DNA of 64,000 nt from Phaeosaccion multiseriatum (lineage: Eukaryota; Protista; Ochrophyta, other classes), in NCBI GenBank assembly GCA_965112735.1, contig OZ218958.1, positions 2,108,001-2,172,000 of the forward strand, given 5' to 3'. The notes beneath the pieces are model-generated. The model was not told where the DNA came from. It was given only the letters and a program-made list of their open reading frames with translations, and ran no database searches. Of the stretch, positions 39,616 to 53,200 are shown one piece after another (positions within the stretch are counted from its first letter, which is position 1; each line of letters starts with the position of its first letter). The translations under genes and the position numbers were made by a program.

Positions 39616-40758
39616 TTAACCTTGGTCCTCGTCAGAGTCCATGTCCAGCTCCTCAAACTCCAGATCAGATTCGTCGTCATCTGCAAACGCATCCTCGTCG
39701 ATGAAAGCCTCCCCGTACTCGCCCTCTTCCTCCTCCTCCTCCTCCTCCTCCGCCTCCACCCCTCCTCCGCCCGCCTTGCGGAGGAAAATGTCTCTCCCAC
39801 TCGGGCGGCTCGCAATCGTCGCCTTATCCACACTTTCCCCCTTTGCACCGTACTCCAGCTCGAAGACCTGTGCAGGATGGAGGCATTTCATAAGTGGCTC
39901 GCGGCCCACGATTCGCTTAGGGAGACGGGAGCTTACCTTTACCCACGCGGCGAACGTTTCCGGGGTTACTGGCGTTCCGTCCGCCTGCATCCTCTTTCGC
40001 GCCGCCTCCTCATCCTCCTCGTCTTCCTGGGAGGCTGCCAGCGCCTCCTTAGCAGCCTCCAACTCGATCGCTTTGGTCTTCTCTCGCTGCCGCTCCGCCA
40101 TGCGTCTCAACATTTCAGCGTGCATGCTTCCAGAGTCACCGCAATCGACGTTGTTGTCACAGAGCCATGCTCGTAAAGCTTCCGCTACTGTGTACCCCAT
40201 TGCCATTCCTGCAACGAACACGCCCGAGCGAGATAAGGGGGGGCGGGGCCAGCCTCGGCGACACTCTACAGACCCTCCTCGCTCGTACCTTTGTTCTCCT
40301 GCGCTGTTTCCTCAGCGAGCTGCTGCAATTCCTCCCCTTGCTTCTCTGTGAGACCCCGCGATATCTCCACATCTATGCCCGGTAACTCCTGGGGGTACTT
40401 CTCGGGGACGGTAAAGAACAGAGTAATGGCCACTTTCAATCGAGGGCAGGGACACGGGCGGTGGTAAGATTTGGAGAAAGGAACCTCCTCGCTGCTGCAC
40501 GACAGTGGCTCTCACCGTGGTTCACGTCCTCGCCCTCCCCTTGCTCTGGAACCAGCCAGATCTTCCATCTGAAGGGTGGGCCCTCGAGCTTCTCGAAATC
40601 GTCTTGGTAGATCGCGTCCAGAGCCTCCACCTCGTCCGCCTGCTCTTGAGCCAAGGCCTCTGTAAGTTTCAAAAACAAAACTTTGAGCTAGACTGGTAGG
40701 AGCAGTAGTAGTAGAATAAGCTCAGCAAGCAAGCTCAGCACTTACCGAAGGCACTCAT
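39616..40758 (-). CDS. RWDD1: RWD domain protein, RWDD1/GIR2-like (multi-exon)
   Basis: EQADEVEALDAIY, PEKYPQELP, GMAMGYTVAEALRAWL, GTPVTPETFAAW, SGRDIF and an acidic tail. Confidence 0.75.
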
Positions 40759-40929
40759 CGTTGTGTGAAGAATGAAGAATGTGTGAAGTCGCGGGTCTGG
40801 GCGTCACACCATCCCGTACGCTCCGCTGCCTTCCCCTTGCGATCTGTGATCTTCACCCACCCTCTCTCTACTTCTTACGCACAGCGCCTGAGGAAGGAGC
40901 AGGGAACCCCAACGAAGCGCCAGAGTTGA

Positions 40930-43803
<2,874 letters not shown>

Positions 43804-43813
43804 ATGAGAGGCA

Positions 43814-44458
43814 TCACAGCGGGTGGCCACACTCTTTGCTCAGGATCTCGTAGCACTCGTCAGGCATGCTCCACTTGCTAGGTGAAGACGCGTCGACACC
43901 ATAGCCAATCTTCTTGTAAAAATGCCAAGCGTCGTTGCCCTTGAACACCGTCAACATTGTTTTGCGTAACTGGAAATGCGTCGCGAGCTTCTCCAGTATC
44001 TGCATCATACGAAGCCCCAGCCCCTTTCTCCTCATGTCGGAGGATACTTGCAACTCGTACACGTACAACACCTCCTCTGGGTCCCCGTCATTGTCGTCAT
44101 CAATCATGAAGCGAAAGGCAGAAAAGCCCGCCAGTCTGGTTTCCCCATCCGGCCCCAGGCTCTCGGCGATGAGGACGCGGGACAGCGGGTGGCTGAAGAG
44201 CTCCTCCTTCTTGTCCGCCTCGCTCCAGTCCCAGCCCGCCGCCTCATACGCAGCCTTCATGTTCTTTTCGAGAAGTCGAAATAGTCTGCTCTCTTCCTCA
44301 GGCGCAAGCGATGCTTCCTCAGCGTCCAAGACGAACCGAAGCATCCACGATCCACTCTCCGAGTGCATCAACGATCCACTCTCACTTGCCAAGGTGGCCG
44401 AAGATGCGCATTGAGCCCTCTCCACGTTCCCGAGCTTCTGTGATCTTCGTCGTTTCAT
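43814..44458 (-). CDS. NAA40: N-alpha-acetyltransferase 40 (NatD), GNAT family
   Basis: Single 214-aa ORF: LLEKNMKAAYE..GW.W, VLYVYELQV...RRKGLG..MM, MLTVFKGN, FYKKIGYGVDASSP, YEILSK. Confidence 0.85.
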   Translation of the reverse strand: MKRRRSQKLGNVERAQCASSATLASESGSLMHSESGSWMLRFVLDAEEASLAPEEESRLFRLLEKNMKAAYEAAGWDWSEADKKEELFSHPLSRVLIAESLGPDGETRLAGFSAFRFMIDDDNDGDPEEVLYVYELQVSSDMRRKGLGLRMMQILEKLATHFQLRKTMLTVFKGNDAWHFYKKIGYGVDASSPSKWSMPDECYEILSKECGHPL

Positions 44459-44596
44459 TTCTCTTCAGTGGTCTTCCTTTTTGAGAAGGATGATAAGGTG
44501 AAGGTTGCGTGTTGGTGGTTTATTTACAGATGGCGGGCGGTTGATTCTTTTTTTATTTTTTTATTTACTGTACTGTACAGTCTCTCTTGGATAGCA

Positions 44597-45730
44597 ATGG
44601 AAGCAGCGAGGGGGACCGCAGCAGAAATCCTAACAGTGGCAGAACTACTCCATAGTCTGTTGGCCTCGCAAGAGCGGTTAACGGCGGAGGTACGGGGCGT
44701 GCGCAAGGACATGGACAAGCTCCAAGCCGCATTACGGGGAAAAGGGGCCACTTGGGGCTGCTGCAGCTGCGCTTCGTCGAAGACCACCGACGCATCAGCC
44801 ACAGTACTTCGATACCCCTTTCTCGATGCTGGGAGGGTGAACTTCCCGACTTTCGATGACGCCATTCACAGCAGAGGGGGGGGCGGATACCACTGCGAGT
44901 ATGATGATGATGATGATGACGATGATGATGATAACAACCTACTCTTTGTAGACGAGCATTCGAGTCTATTGCAAAACTCCGGCGACGAGACGTTCGGAGA
45001 CGAGGAAAATGCCACCATCAGGAAGCAGCAGCAGCGCATGAGGACTCCTGTCAAGACCCTTTTGCATGGTTGTAGCGGTGCTCGTCCTCCTCCAAGTCCA
45101 TGTACGTGCGGCTTGATGCTCTCGATTGATTGTGCAGCTCGGTTGTGTCTCCCTCCCTCTGACTCGCTTTTTGGTGCGTGAATTGTTGTCGTGGTTGTTC
45201 GCCTTTCCACAGGGTCGGAGTGCCCCCTGGAAAGGCGCGACAGGGTGGAGGCAGAGGCATTCTTCGGTCACTCAGAGGTGCTTTCTTCGCTTCAGACGCC
45301 GCTCAAAACTCAAGCGACGGAAGGGAGGGGTGCGTGCATCAAAAAGTGGAAAGGCACCCCGGCCAGGCACCCTGCGTGCCAAGGCTTGCCCCCGGTCCAG
45401 GAAAGGCTGCTCGGCTCTGGCAGCCTGTCGTCTATAGGCCGCGGAAGTGGGTGCGGCGATGACGGTTTAGGCAGCGAGGAAGAGAATAGCAGCGGTGAAG
45501 AGGGTGGGGAGGGCTACTGCATGGCGCAGATGTTTGCCTTCGTCGCGTCGGCCGCAGCAGCAGAAGGTGCTCCCCCAGAAGAGGTCCTGCTGGGAAGAGA
45601 CGTTCTGAGCCCTATTCTCAAAGAGCGCAATCGCAATTCAGAGTGCGGCGTCGAATGGGCGGAAAACGTCTCCGCTCGAGGAGACAAGGCATGTCTCTCT
45701 TCTCAGGAGCCTCAGTTAGATTCTGTCTGA
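44597..45730 (+). CDS. Hypothetical protein, one intron (45102-45212)
   Basis: Two ORFs join in frame across a GT...AG intron; N-terminal coiled coil and poly-Asp tract; no recognisable family. Confidence 0.55.
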
Positions 45731-45892
45731 TGAAACAGAAGACGAATCTCGACGTGCCGCAAGGTCCGAAACCCTGACCGTGTGCTGCAGTTATCCACTG
45801 CACAACACGCCCCATTGTAGGACACGCCTGCAGGACTGCGACACACATAAAAAAGTGGGGCTAATAATGTACTTACGAGACGTAATAAGTAT

Positions 45893-46043
45893 TCGACCCC
45901 TGACGCACTATCGCCCACAATTCTCGACAGCGCGCTATCGGTCGCCGGCCGATAGCGGATAGCACGCCCCCACAACCCCCCCCCCCCCCCAAAGCCGGCT
46001 GGCGCCGGCGATAGCGAATAGCGGAGAGTGCATCAGGGGTTGA
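45893..46043. mobile_element. MITE 1 (151 bp), TIR TCGACCCCTGA..., TSD AAGTAT
   Basis: Left end TCGACCCCTGACGCACTATC, right end GAGAGTGCATCAGGGGTTGA; AAGTAT at 45887-45892 and 46044-46049. Confidence 0.85.
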
Positions 46044-46060
46044 AAGTATCCCCACCCCTT

Positions 46061-46268
46061 TCGGCCCCTGACATGCTTCTGAGACAGGCCAGCCCAGAAG
46101 CAGGAAACAGGCCGGCGCCGAAGCAGGAAGCAGCCTTGGCCGTCATCATTGCCTTATTACATGGCTTTCCCCCAGAACCTGGAACCTGCCTGGCCGGCTG
46201 GCACCGGCCAGGAGCAGGAAGCAGGCCGGCTGGCGCCGGCCAGAAGCAAAAAAACAGGAAGGAGAGGG
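46061..46268. mobile_element. Probable left part of an older related MITE, interrupted by later insertions
   Basis: Begins TCGGCCCCTGAC (like the other TIRs) and carries GCCGGC(TG)GC(A/G)CCGGC motifs with GCAGGAAGCAG spacers; right end and TSD not clearly identified. Confidence 0.45.
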
Positions 46269-46446
46269 TCGGCTCCAGACTGGCCTAGAAGCCTTGGCCT
46301 AGAGACGAAATTCGGCCGGCCTAGGGGGGCCGCAGGCCCCCGGCCTAGGCCTAGAGGGGGCCGCAGGTCCCCGGCCTAGGCCTAGAGGGGGCCGCAGGTC
46401 CCCGGCCTAGGCCTATTTTTGGCGCAGCCCCCCCGGCCTAGGCCTA

Positions 46447-47583
46447 TCGACCCTGGACAAGATTACGGTGTGCGCCGGCCGCAACCAGTAATCAGCCCCC
46501 GGCCGGCGCAAAATCAGTAATCAGGCCGGCTGGTCACCGGCTGTAAGCAACCAGACCGGCTGGCGCCGGTCATAATCAGTAATCAGGCCGGCTGCGCCGG
46601 CCGTAATCAGAATCAGATGATCTTGTCCAGGGTCGACTCCCTCCCTCCCTCCCTCCCTCCTCCTCCCTCCCTCCCTCCCTTCCTCCCTCCCTCCCTCACT
46701 CACTCACTCCCTCCCTCCCTCCCTCCCTCCCTCCCTCCCTCCCTCCCTCCCTCCCTCCCTCCCTCCCTCCCTCCCTCCCTCCCTCCCTCCCTCCCTCCCT
46801 CCCTCCCTCCCTCCCTCCCTCCCTCCCTCCCTCCCTCCCTCCCTCCCTCCCTCCCTCCCTCCCTCCCTCCCTCCCTCCCTCCCTCCCTCCCTCCCTCCCT
46901 CCCTCCCTCCCTCCCTCCCTCCCTCCCTCCCTCCCTCCCTCCCTCCCTCCCTCCCTCCCTCCCTCCCTCCCTCCCTCCCTCCCTCCCTCCCTCCCTCCCT
47001 CCCTCCCTCCCTCCCTCCCTCCCTCCCTCCCTCCCTCCCTCCCTCCCTCCCTCCCTCCCTCCCTCCCTCCCTCCCTCCCTCCCTCCCTCCCTCCCTCCCT
47101 CCCTCCCTCCCTCCCTCCCTCCCTCCCTCCCTCCCTCCCTCCCTCCCTCCCTCCCTCCCTCCCTCCCTCCCTCCCTCCCTCCCTCCCTCCCTCCCTCCCT
47201 CCCTCCCTCCCTCCCTCCCTCCCTCCCTCCCTCCCTCCCTCCCTCCCTCCCTCCCTCCCTCCCTCCCTCCCTCCCTCCCTCCCTCCCTCCCTCCCTCCCT
47301 CCCTCCCTCCCTCCCTCCCTCCCTCCCTCCCTCCCTCCCTCCCTCCCTCCCTCCCTCCCTCCCTCCCTCCCTCCCTCCCTCCCTCCCTCCCTCCCTCCCT
47401 CCCTCCCTCCCTCCCTCCTCCCTCCCTCCCTTCGACCCTGGACAAGATTACGGTGTGCGCCGGCCGTAATCAGTCATCAGCCCCCGGCTGGCGCGCATAA
47501 TCAGTACTCAGGCCGGCTGGCGCCGGTCATAATCAGTAATCAGGCCGGCTGCGCCGGCCGTAATTACTAATCAGATAGGTCGA
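46447..47583. mobile_element. Nested composite unit: two direct MITE copies (46447-46636, 47432-47583) flanking (CCCT)n; outer TSD GGCCTA
   Basis: Both copies begin TCGACCCTGGACAAGATTACGG. Copy 1 ends ATCTTGTCCAGGGTCGA; copy 2 ends with a shortened TAGGTCGA. GGCCTA at 46441-46446 and 47584-47589. Confidence 0.75.
46637..47431. repeat. (CCCT)n microsatellite, ~795 bp
   Basis: Near-perfect tetranucleotide tract; minor interruptions only near its ends. Confidence 0.98.
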
Positions 47584-47720
47584 GGCCTAGGCCTAGAACC
47601 GCCGGCCTAGGGAGAAAAAATGGCCGGCCTAGAGCGGGCGTAGGCCGCTCGGCCTAGGGCCTAGAGCATAGGCTTCTAGGCCAGTCTGGAGCCGAAGAGG
47701 GTCACCTCAAACCTTCAAGG

Positions 47721-48182
47721 TCGACCCCTGACACGCTATCGCTCACATTCTCGATAGCGCGCTATCGCGCCCCGGCGGGCCCGATAGCGCGCTATCGGCC
47801 GCCGGCCAATAGCGGATAGCGTGCCGGCTGGCGCCGGCCGATAGCGGATAGCGTGCCGGCTGGCGCCGGCCGATAGCGGATAGCGCGCCGGCTGGCGTCA
47901 GCTCTCCCCCCCCCCCGGTGCGGTAGCAGCTGACGCTGGCGATAGCGGATAGCGCGCCGGCTGGCGCCGGCGATAGCGGATAGCGAGCCGGCTGCGCGCC
48001 GGCGATAGCGGATAGCGAGCCGGCTGCGCGCCGGCGATAGCGGATAGCGAGCCGGCTGCGCGCCGGCGATAGCGGATAGCGAGCCGGCTGCGCCGGCGAT
48101 AGCGGATAGCGCGCCGGAGATAGCGGATAGCGTGCCGGCTGGCGCCGGCGATAGCGTTAGCGGATAGCGTGTCAGGGGTCGA
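47721..48182. mobile_element. MITE 3 (462 bp), 20-bp perfect TIR, TSD TCAAGG; same family as MITE 1
   Basis: TCGACCCCTGACACGCTATC ... GATAGCGTGTCAGGGGTCGA; TCAAGG at 47715-47720 and 48183-48188; internal tandem GATAGCGGATAGC-GCCGGCTGGCGCCGGC units. Confidence 0.9.
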
Positions 48183-48282
48183 TCAAGGGACGAATGCCTT
48201 GAAAAAATTCAAAAATCCCCTTTAACAATCCATCTTTCTATCTATCATTCCCTCCCTTTTCATTTGTAATGAAGAGGGAGAA

Positions 48283-50167
48283 ATGAAGAGGTACAGCGAA
48301 GGAGGCTTGAACGCCACATCCTCAGAGAGGCGAGCGAAGCGTCTTCGCCAGAATGCGGTGAGTTAATCTGCACTCTGCCGAGACACTGTGGCGTGAAGTT
48401 GACCCATCCTCCTCCTCGGCACTTGTGGCAGCCGGTCTTCTCGACAACTCCAAGCTCTTGGCTGGGCAAGAGCATTCTCAGTGTAGACCAGTTTGACCGG
48501 GACTCCTTAGACATGCTCTGTTCCGTGGCTGACGAGATGAAGGCTCTGGTTTTAGCAGGGTAAGGTCCTCGGGAGGGGAGGGGGTTTGCTCAATGGAGGG
48601 TGGTCGATGCTGATCATTCGCGTCGTCTGTTCTCTTCAGGGGAGGGGATGATCGTCTTAAGGGGAAGGTGCTAGCGACGTTGTTTTACGAGAGCAGTACG
48701 AGGACGTGTTGCTCGTTCCAGGCGGTGAGTGGGGGGGGGTTGGGAGGGGGCTCACAGTACCACAGCCCTCTCTCTTAGCTCTCCTCTTCTCCTGGACTAT
48801 GTGGCGGCAGGCGATGCAACGACTAGGCGGGTCGGTGATTTCCGTGAATGAGGCAACCTCCAGTGTAAAGAAGGGGGAAACATTACAGGACACCATCAGG
48901 TGCTTGGAAGCTTACTGCGACGCGGTGGCCATGTGAGTGGACTACTTGCTGGAGGGGAGGGTGTTGGAGGAGCAAGCGAATTGTATGACTGACAAACTCC
49001 CCCCCTCGGCACAAACGTAGTCGGCACCCACGGAAAGGAGCTTGCGCGGATGCTGTGGGAGTCGCTGCTAAACCGATACTCAACGCGGGGGACGGCGTGG
49101 GGGAGCATCCAACGCAAGCTCTTTTGGTAAATACAAATGCACCTCTGGGAGGCTTCCTTGGGTGGGTATGTTGGCTCACACCTCTCTGTGGTGGTCGGCC
49201 TGCTATGTGCAGGATCTTTACACAATCGTGTCGGAGCTGGGCAGCGTGGAGGGAAAGGTCATTACACTCTTGGGCGACCTAAAGGTACATGCTTTGATGT
49301 AGTGCCCTGCAGCGGCGGGGGGAGGGGAATACCCCAGCCTGACCAGCCTGAACATGCGCCAACTAACCATTGTCGCGTTCGGTGTGCAGCACGGAAGGAC
49401 GGTGCACTCCTTGGCCAAGCTGCTGGCGCTGTTCAAGTGCGAGATTCATTATGTGTCTCCGAGCACGCTGCGCATGCCGCAGAGTGTGTGCGAGTACGTG
49501 AGCGGCAAGGGGCAGGTAGTGAAGCAAGAAGAACACGTCAACTACAACACCCTTTTGGAGTAAGTCCAGAGCAGAGGCAGATGCAAGGTGGAGGGAGAAG
49601 AAGGCGCACGATCTGACTGACCCGACTTGTTTCCCCCCTCTTCGTTCTTCCCCGCAGAAAAACGGATGTATTGTACGTGACAAGGGTGCAGAAGGAGCGG
49701 TTTAGTGATCCAGACGAGTATGAGTTGGTCAAGAATATTTACACTGTCACTCCAGACACGCTGTCCAGGTGGGTGGGTCTTGCGCGGCTCGGCCGTAGCC
49801 CATAGCCCGGATGTTGATGGCCCCTCACCTCACCTCACCGAGCGCCCATTGATTCAATACAACGCCACTCAGGTGCAAAGGATCGATGATTATGATGCAC
49901 CCGTTGCCCCGAGTGGGGGAGATCAGCGAAGAGTGCGACGACGACCCTCGAGCAGTCTACTTTAAAGAGATGGAGAACGGCATGCTTGGTGAGTGAGCGC
50001 TTGACCCTGGCTGGAGTGTTGAGTGATTGCTGTGACTAACCAGATGCCCTGCGATTGACCTCTCTCTTCCTTCCCTTATGGCAGTGCGCATGGCCCTTCT
50101 CAGTCTCTTGCTGGGCGGTGGTGGGCAGCGGGGACAATTGCCAGGGACCGCGCCATCGTCGAAATAG
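48283..50167 (+). CDS. pyrB: Aspartate carbamoyltransferase (stand-alone, multi-exon)
   Basis: [89 protein letters not shown]. Start codon tentative. Confidence 0.92.
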
Positions 50168-50225
50168 AGTACAAAAGCTTTTGAACCCCCTATATACACT
50201 TCCACGTTCATTTAAGCCTGCTGCC

Positions 50226-53200
50226 TCACGGCACGACTAAGGCGAAGGGCGTGCCTCTGGATGGTACTGCTCCGGGCACATGAGGCACGAGCTGGATAGA
50301 CCTTGCCAGCCTCCTCGTCTGCACAATCTCAAAGGCGTCTGTGTAGGCGTCTAGAGGGGTGAAGTCGTCCATCCACAGCTCTGCCTCCCTCGGGTTGCGG
50401 GGGTCGGCCGCGGAGGCCTCTTCTTCCGTCACGACCCATCGGAAGCTCCTCTTGGCAGGCGCAGCAGTCCCCGCAGAAAACACTTCATAGGCCTTGACCA
50501 CCACGGGCGTGCAGTACACCTGCACCTCCTCCACGTCCGCGTCTGCAGCAGCACCCCTCGCCCACTTGAGCGCGACGTGGTCTTTCAGCACCAGTCTCTC
50601 GTTCCTCGTGTTGGTGAACGTCTCCGCCTGCTGCGAGCCGGCCGTAGTGGACTTCCTCCCTGCCTGGTCCCCCTCCAGGCACTGCTTGTAGGCAGCCATC
50701 ATGGCGTTGAGCGCGCCGAGGGACGTGATCCTTGACGAGTTCGTGGTGGCGGGGGCGTCTTGCACCCAAGAGCGTAGACTGCCCGCCTTGGGAAGCGGCT
50801 TTCTCTTCCTGCCGCCCGTCACTAGCGAGATCTCTGCCGGGGCGCATATCGACACCCTCCCGGGGATGTTGAGATTGAGGGTGTCCGCATCGGCACTGTA
50901 GCTCAGGAACTGCGCTATGATGCTCCCCAGTCGCACCCTGATGTCCGCGATGGATGTAAAGCTCTGCTGTAGAGCGGTGGCGTCTGCCCACACGACTCTG
51001 AGCAAGTGCTTGGCGGGAAACACGAAGGAGTACGTGTTGCCCATCCGTAAGGACTGCGCCACGAGCTGCAGCAGGGGCAGCACGCGTCCCGGCACGGTCT
51101 TCTCCAGAAAGAAGAGGCGAAAGTGCGTGGAGAGAGCAGGGTGTGAAATGGCCGCCATGCCCCCAGCAGCACCAGCACCACCAGCAGCAGCAGCAGTAGC
51201 AAGAGCGGCGGGTTGCACGGCCACGCGAGGCAGCGCAATGAGAGGCTTCCTCATGTCCACGTTGAGTGCATCTTTTCCGTCCTCCCCGCGCTCCAGCGTG
51301 AGCCTCCATAGCGTCTCCTGCGCCAGCGAGTCGCCTCCCGACTCGGCGAGGTCCACGTTGCTCAGGATGGCCCGGCCCTCGACTTGCACGGGTGGGGTGG
51401 TCAGGCCGCTGGTCGGGTCGTACGCCGATACCTCCAAGTCCCCCCCGGATCCCCGATGCGCAAACTGCTTCATTGTGACCAGCCTTTGCTCTCGACGCTG
51501 CTGCGGTTGCTGCTCCTCGCCCGGGTCCTCTCCTCCTGCTCCATCTCCGGTCGGGATGAGAGAGAGTTGGGGGCTCTTGAAGCTCAGCGCCCTCCGGAAG
51601 ATGGTTTGCCCCTTGGCACGCTTCCGCAAACTCAGAGTCAGACGCTGGCGGGATTGCCCCCCTTGCCGCTGCTGCTGCTTCCCGCCCACCCGCTGCCCCC
51701 CGCCATAGTAGGCCCAGTGCCTGTACATCGGGCTGGGCCCTCCGAAGATGTCTGTCCCGGAGAGCCTGAGGTGGTCTGCGATGCGCTGGGCGAGGATCAC
51801 CACTTCAGGCCCGTCCACAGTCGCGCAGGCCAGGATAGGGTCATCCGCAGGAATGAGCGACAACAGCGCTCTCTTGGACACGAGAAACCCGACCTTCTCT
51901 AGTGGCACTGATACTGCCGCCGCCTCTCCTCCCCTACTTTGTACCTTCTTGATAGCTGATGCCTCACAGAAGAACTCGCAGCTCCCCACCTCTGAAATGG
52001 CTACCTGCACCAGCTTGCCTTGGACGAGGTAGGACGTCTGAATCACGGTTCGCGGGATGTGGCCGCACTGCAGCGTCCCGTCTTCGTCCCGCACGTAGAG
52101 GCGACTCACCAACGCCTTGAACACGTCCTCCCTCTCTCTGAGCTCAACGCGGCCCCCAGTCAAGTCGTACCTCTCCATGCAGTTGTTGGCAATGGTGGGA
52201 AGGACCTGGTCATGGGGCACACGAGCGATGGACTGCCCTCGCTCCAGGTACACGTTGCCGCAGGCCTGACTGACTATGGTTTGGCTGTCCGCGTCGTGAT
52301 AAACGCGATAGGGCTCCAAGGTGAAGGTGGCTATTGTGCTAAAGAGGTCCGCTGCGTAGCTCCACTTGCCGCCCCCCCTCGGCAGTTGCGCCCCCAGCAC
52401 CTTCCAGGAGTCGTCGATGACCGCAATGTGCTCCTGTGCGAGAGAGGCTTGCAAGGCCGCCGCTTGCTCTCTCTCCTTGGCGGCAGGGGATGCGGCGGCT
52501 TCCAATGAATAGCTCCCTCCTCCCCCCCCCTTGGAGCTCAGGAGTATGCAAGCCTCAACAGAGTGCACTACCCAGGCTCCCCAGTGCACCCACAGACCCT
52601 CTTCTCCGGCAAAGGCGGACTGCGGAGCCATCGGCCAGGCGGCCTCGCTGGCCACTCTCTGCAGTAGCAGGACTGTCCCCATGGAAGCGTCGGAAGCGTC
52701 CACGCCGCGCAGCTGCTGCACCACCTCCAGCCCCGGCCAGGCCTGCGCTTCCTGCAGGAAGGCACTGGCCACCTTCTCTCTTTGCAAGTCTTCAAGCGTC
52801 ATGTCTGCGGTGCAAGCATGGCCCATGAGCAGAGCCGCGGCCACGAGCAGTAGCTGAATGCTCTCCTTGCCCAGGAGCGAAACCAAGCCCAGCAGAGGAA
52901 AGCCCTTGTCCTCCCCACTACTTGTCGTCCAGACTTGCAAGAGCCCGTACACAGCTTCAGCTGCCATTTGCATTCGAGTTGTTGCTGGCCCGTCTTGCAG
53001 GTATGGCACGCCCGTCGGGTCCACGCCCAGCCCGAGGTTGGCACCAGAGGCTGCTCGATTGCACATATCCGCCGAAAGCACCACCACTTTGGGCTTGACA
53101 GGGAAGACAGCCTCCGCAATGGCATTGAGGAATCGGGTGAAGATGCCTCTGCTCCAGAGCGACATGCCAGTGTCAATCTCCAGCACGACAAAGTGCTGAG

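Larger units (their letters stand above)
46269..47695. mobile_element. MITE 2, 26-bp perfect TIR, TSD AGAGGG; hosts a nested composite element
   Basis: TCGGCTCCAGACTGGCCTAGAAGCCT ... AGGCTTCTAGGCCAGTCTGGAGCCGA; AGAGGG at 46263-46268 and 47696-47701; internal GGCCTAGG repeats. Confidence 0.9.

Noticed and set aside
46617-47570. ORFs encoding (PSLP)n and (GGRE)n
   Set aside because: Translations of the CCCT microsatellite.
45893-48182. piggyBac-like elements with a TCGA target duplication
   Set aside because: Each element has a separate exact 6-bp direct repeat outside the TCGA, and MITE 2 has TCGG...CCGA in inverted orientation, so the tetranucleotide belongs to the TIR.
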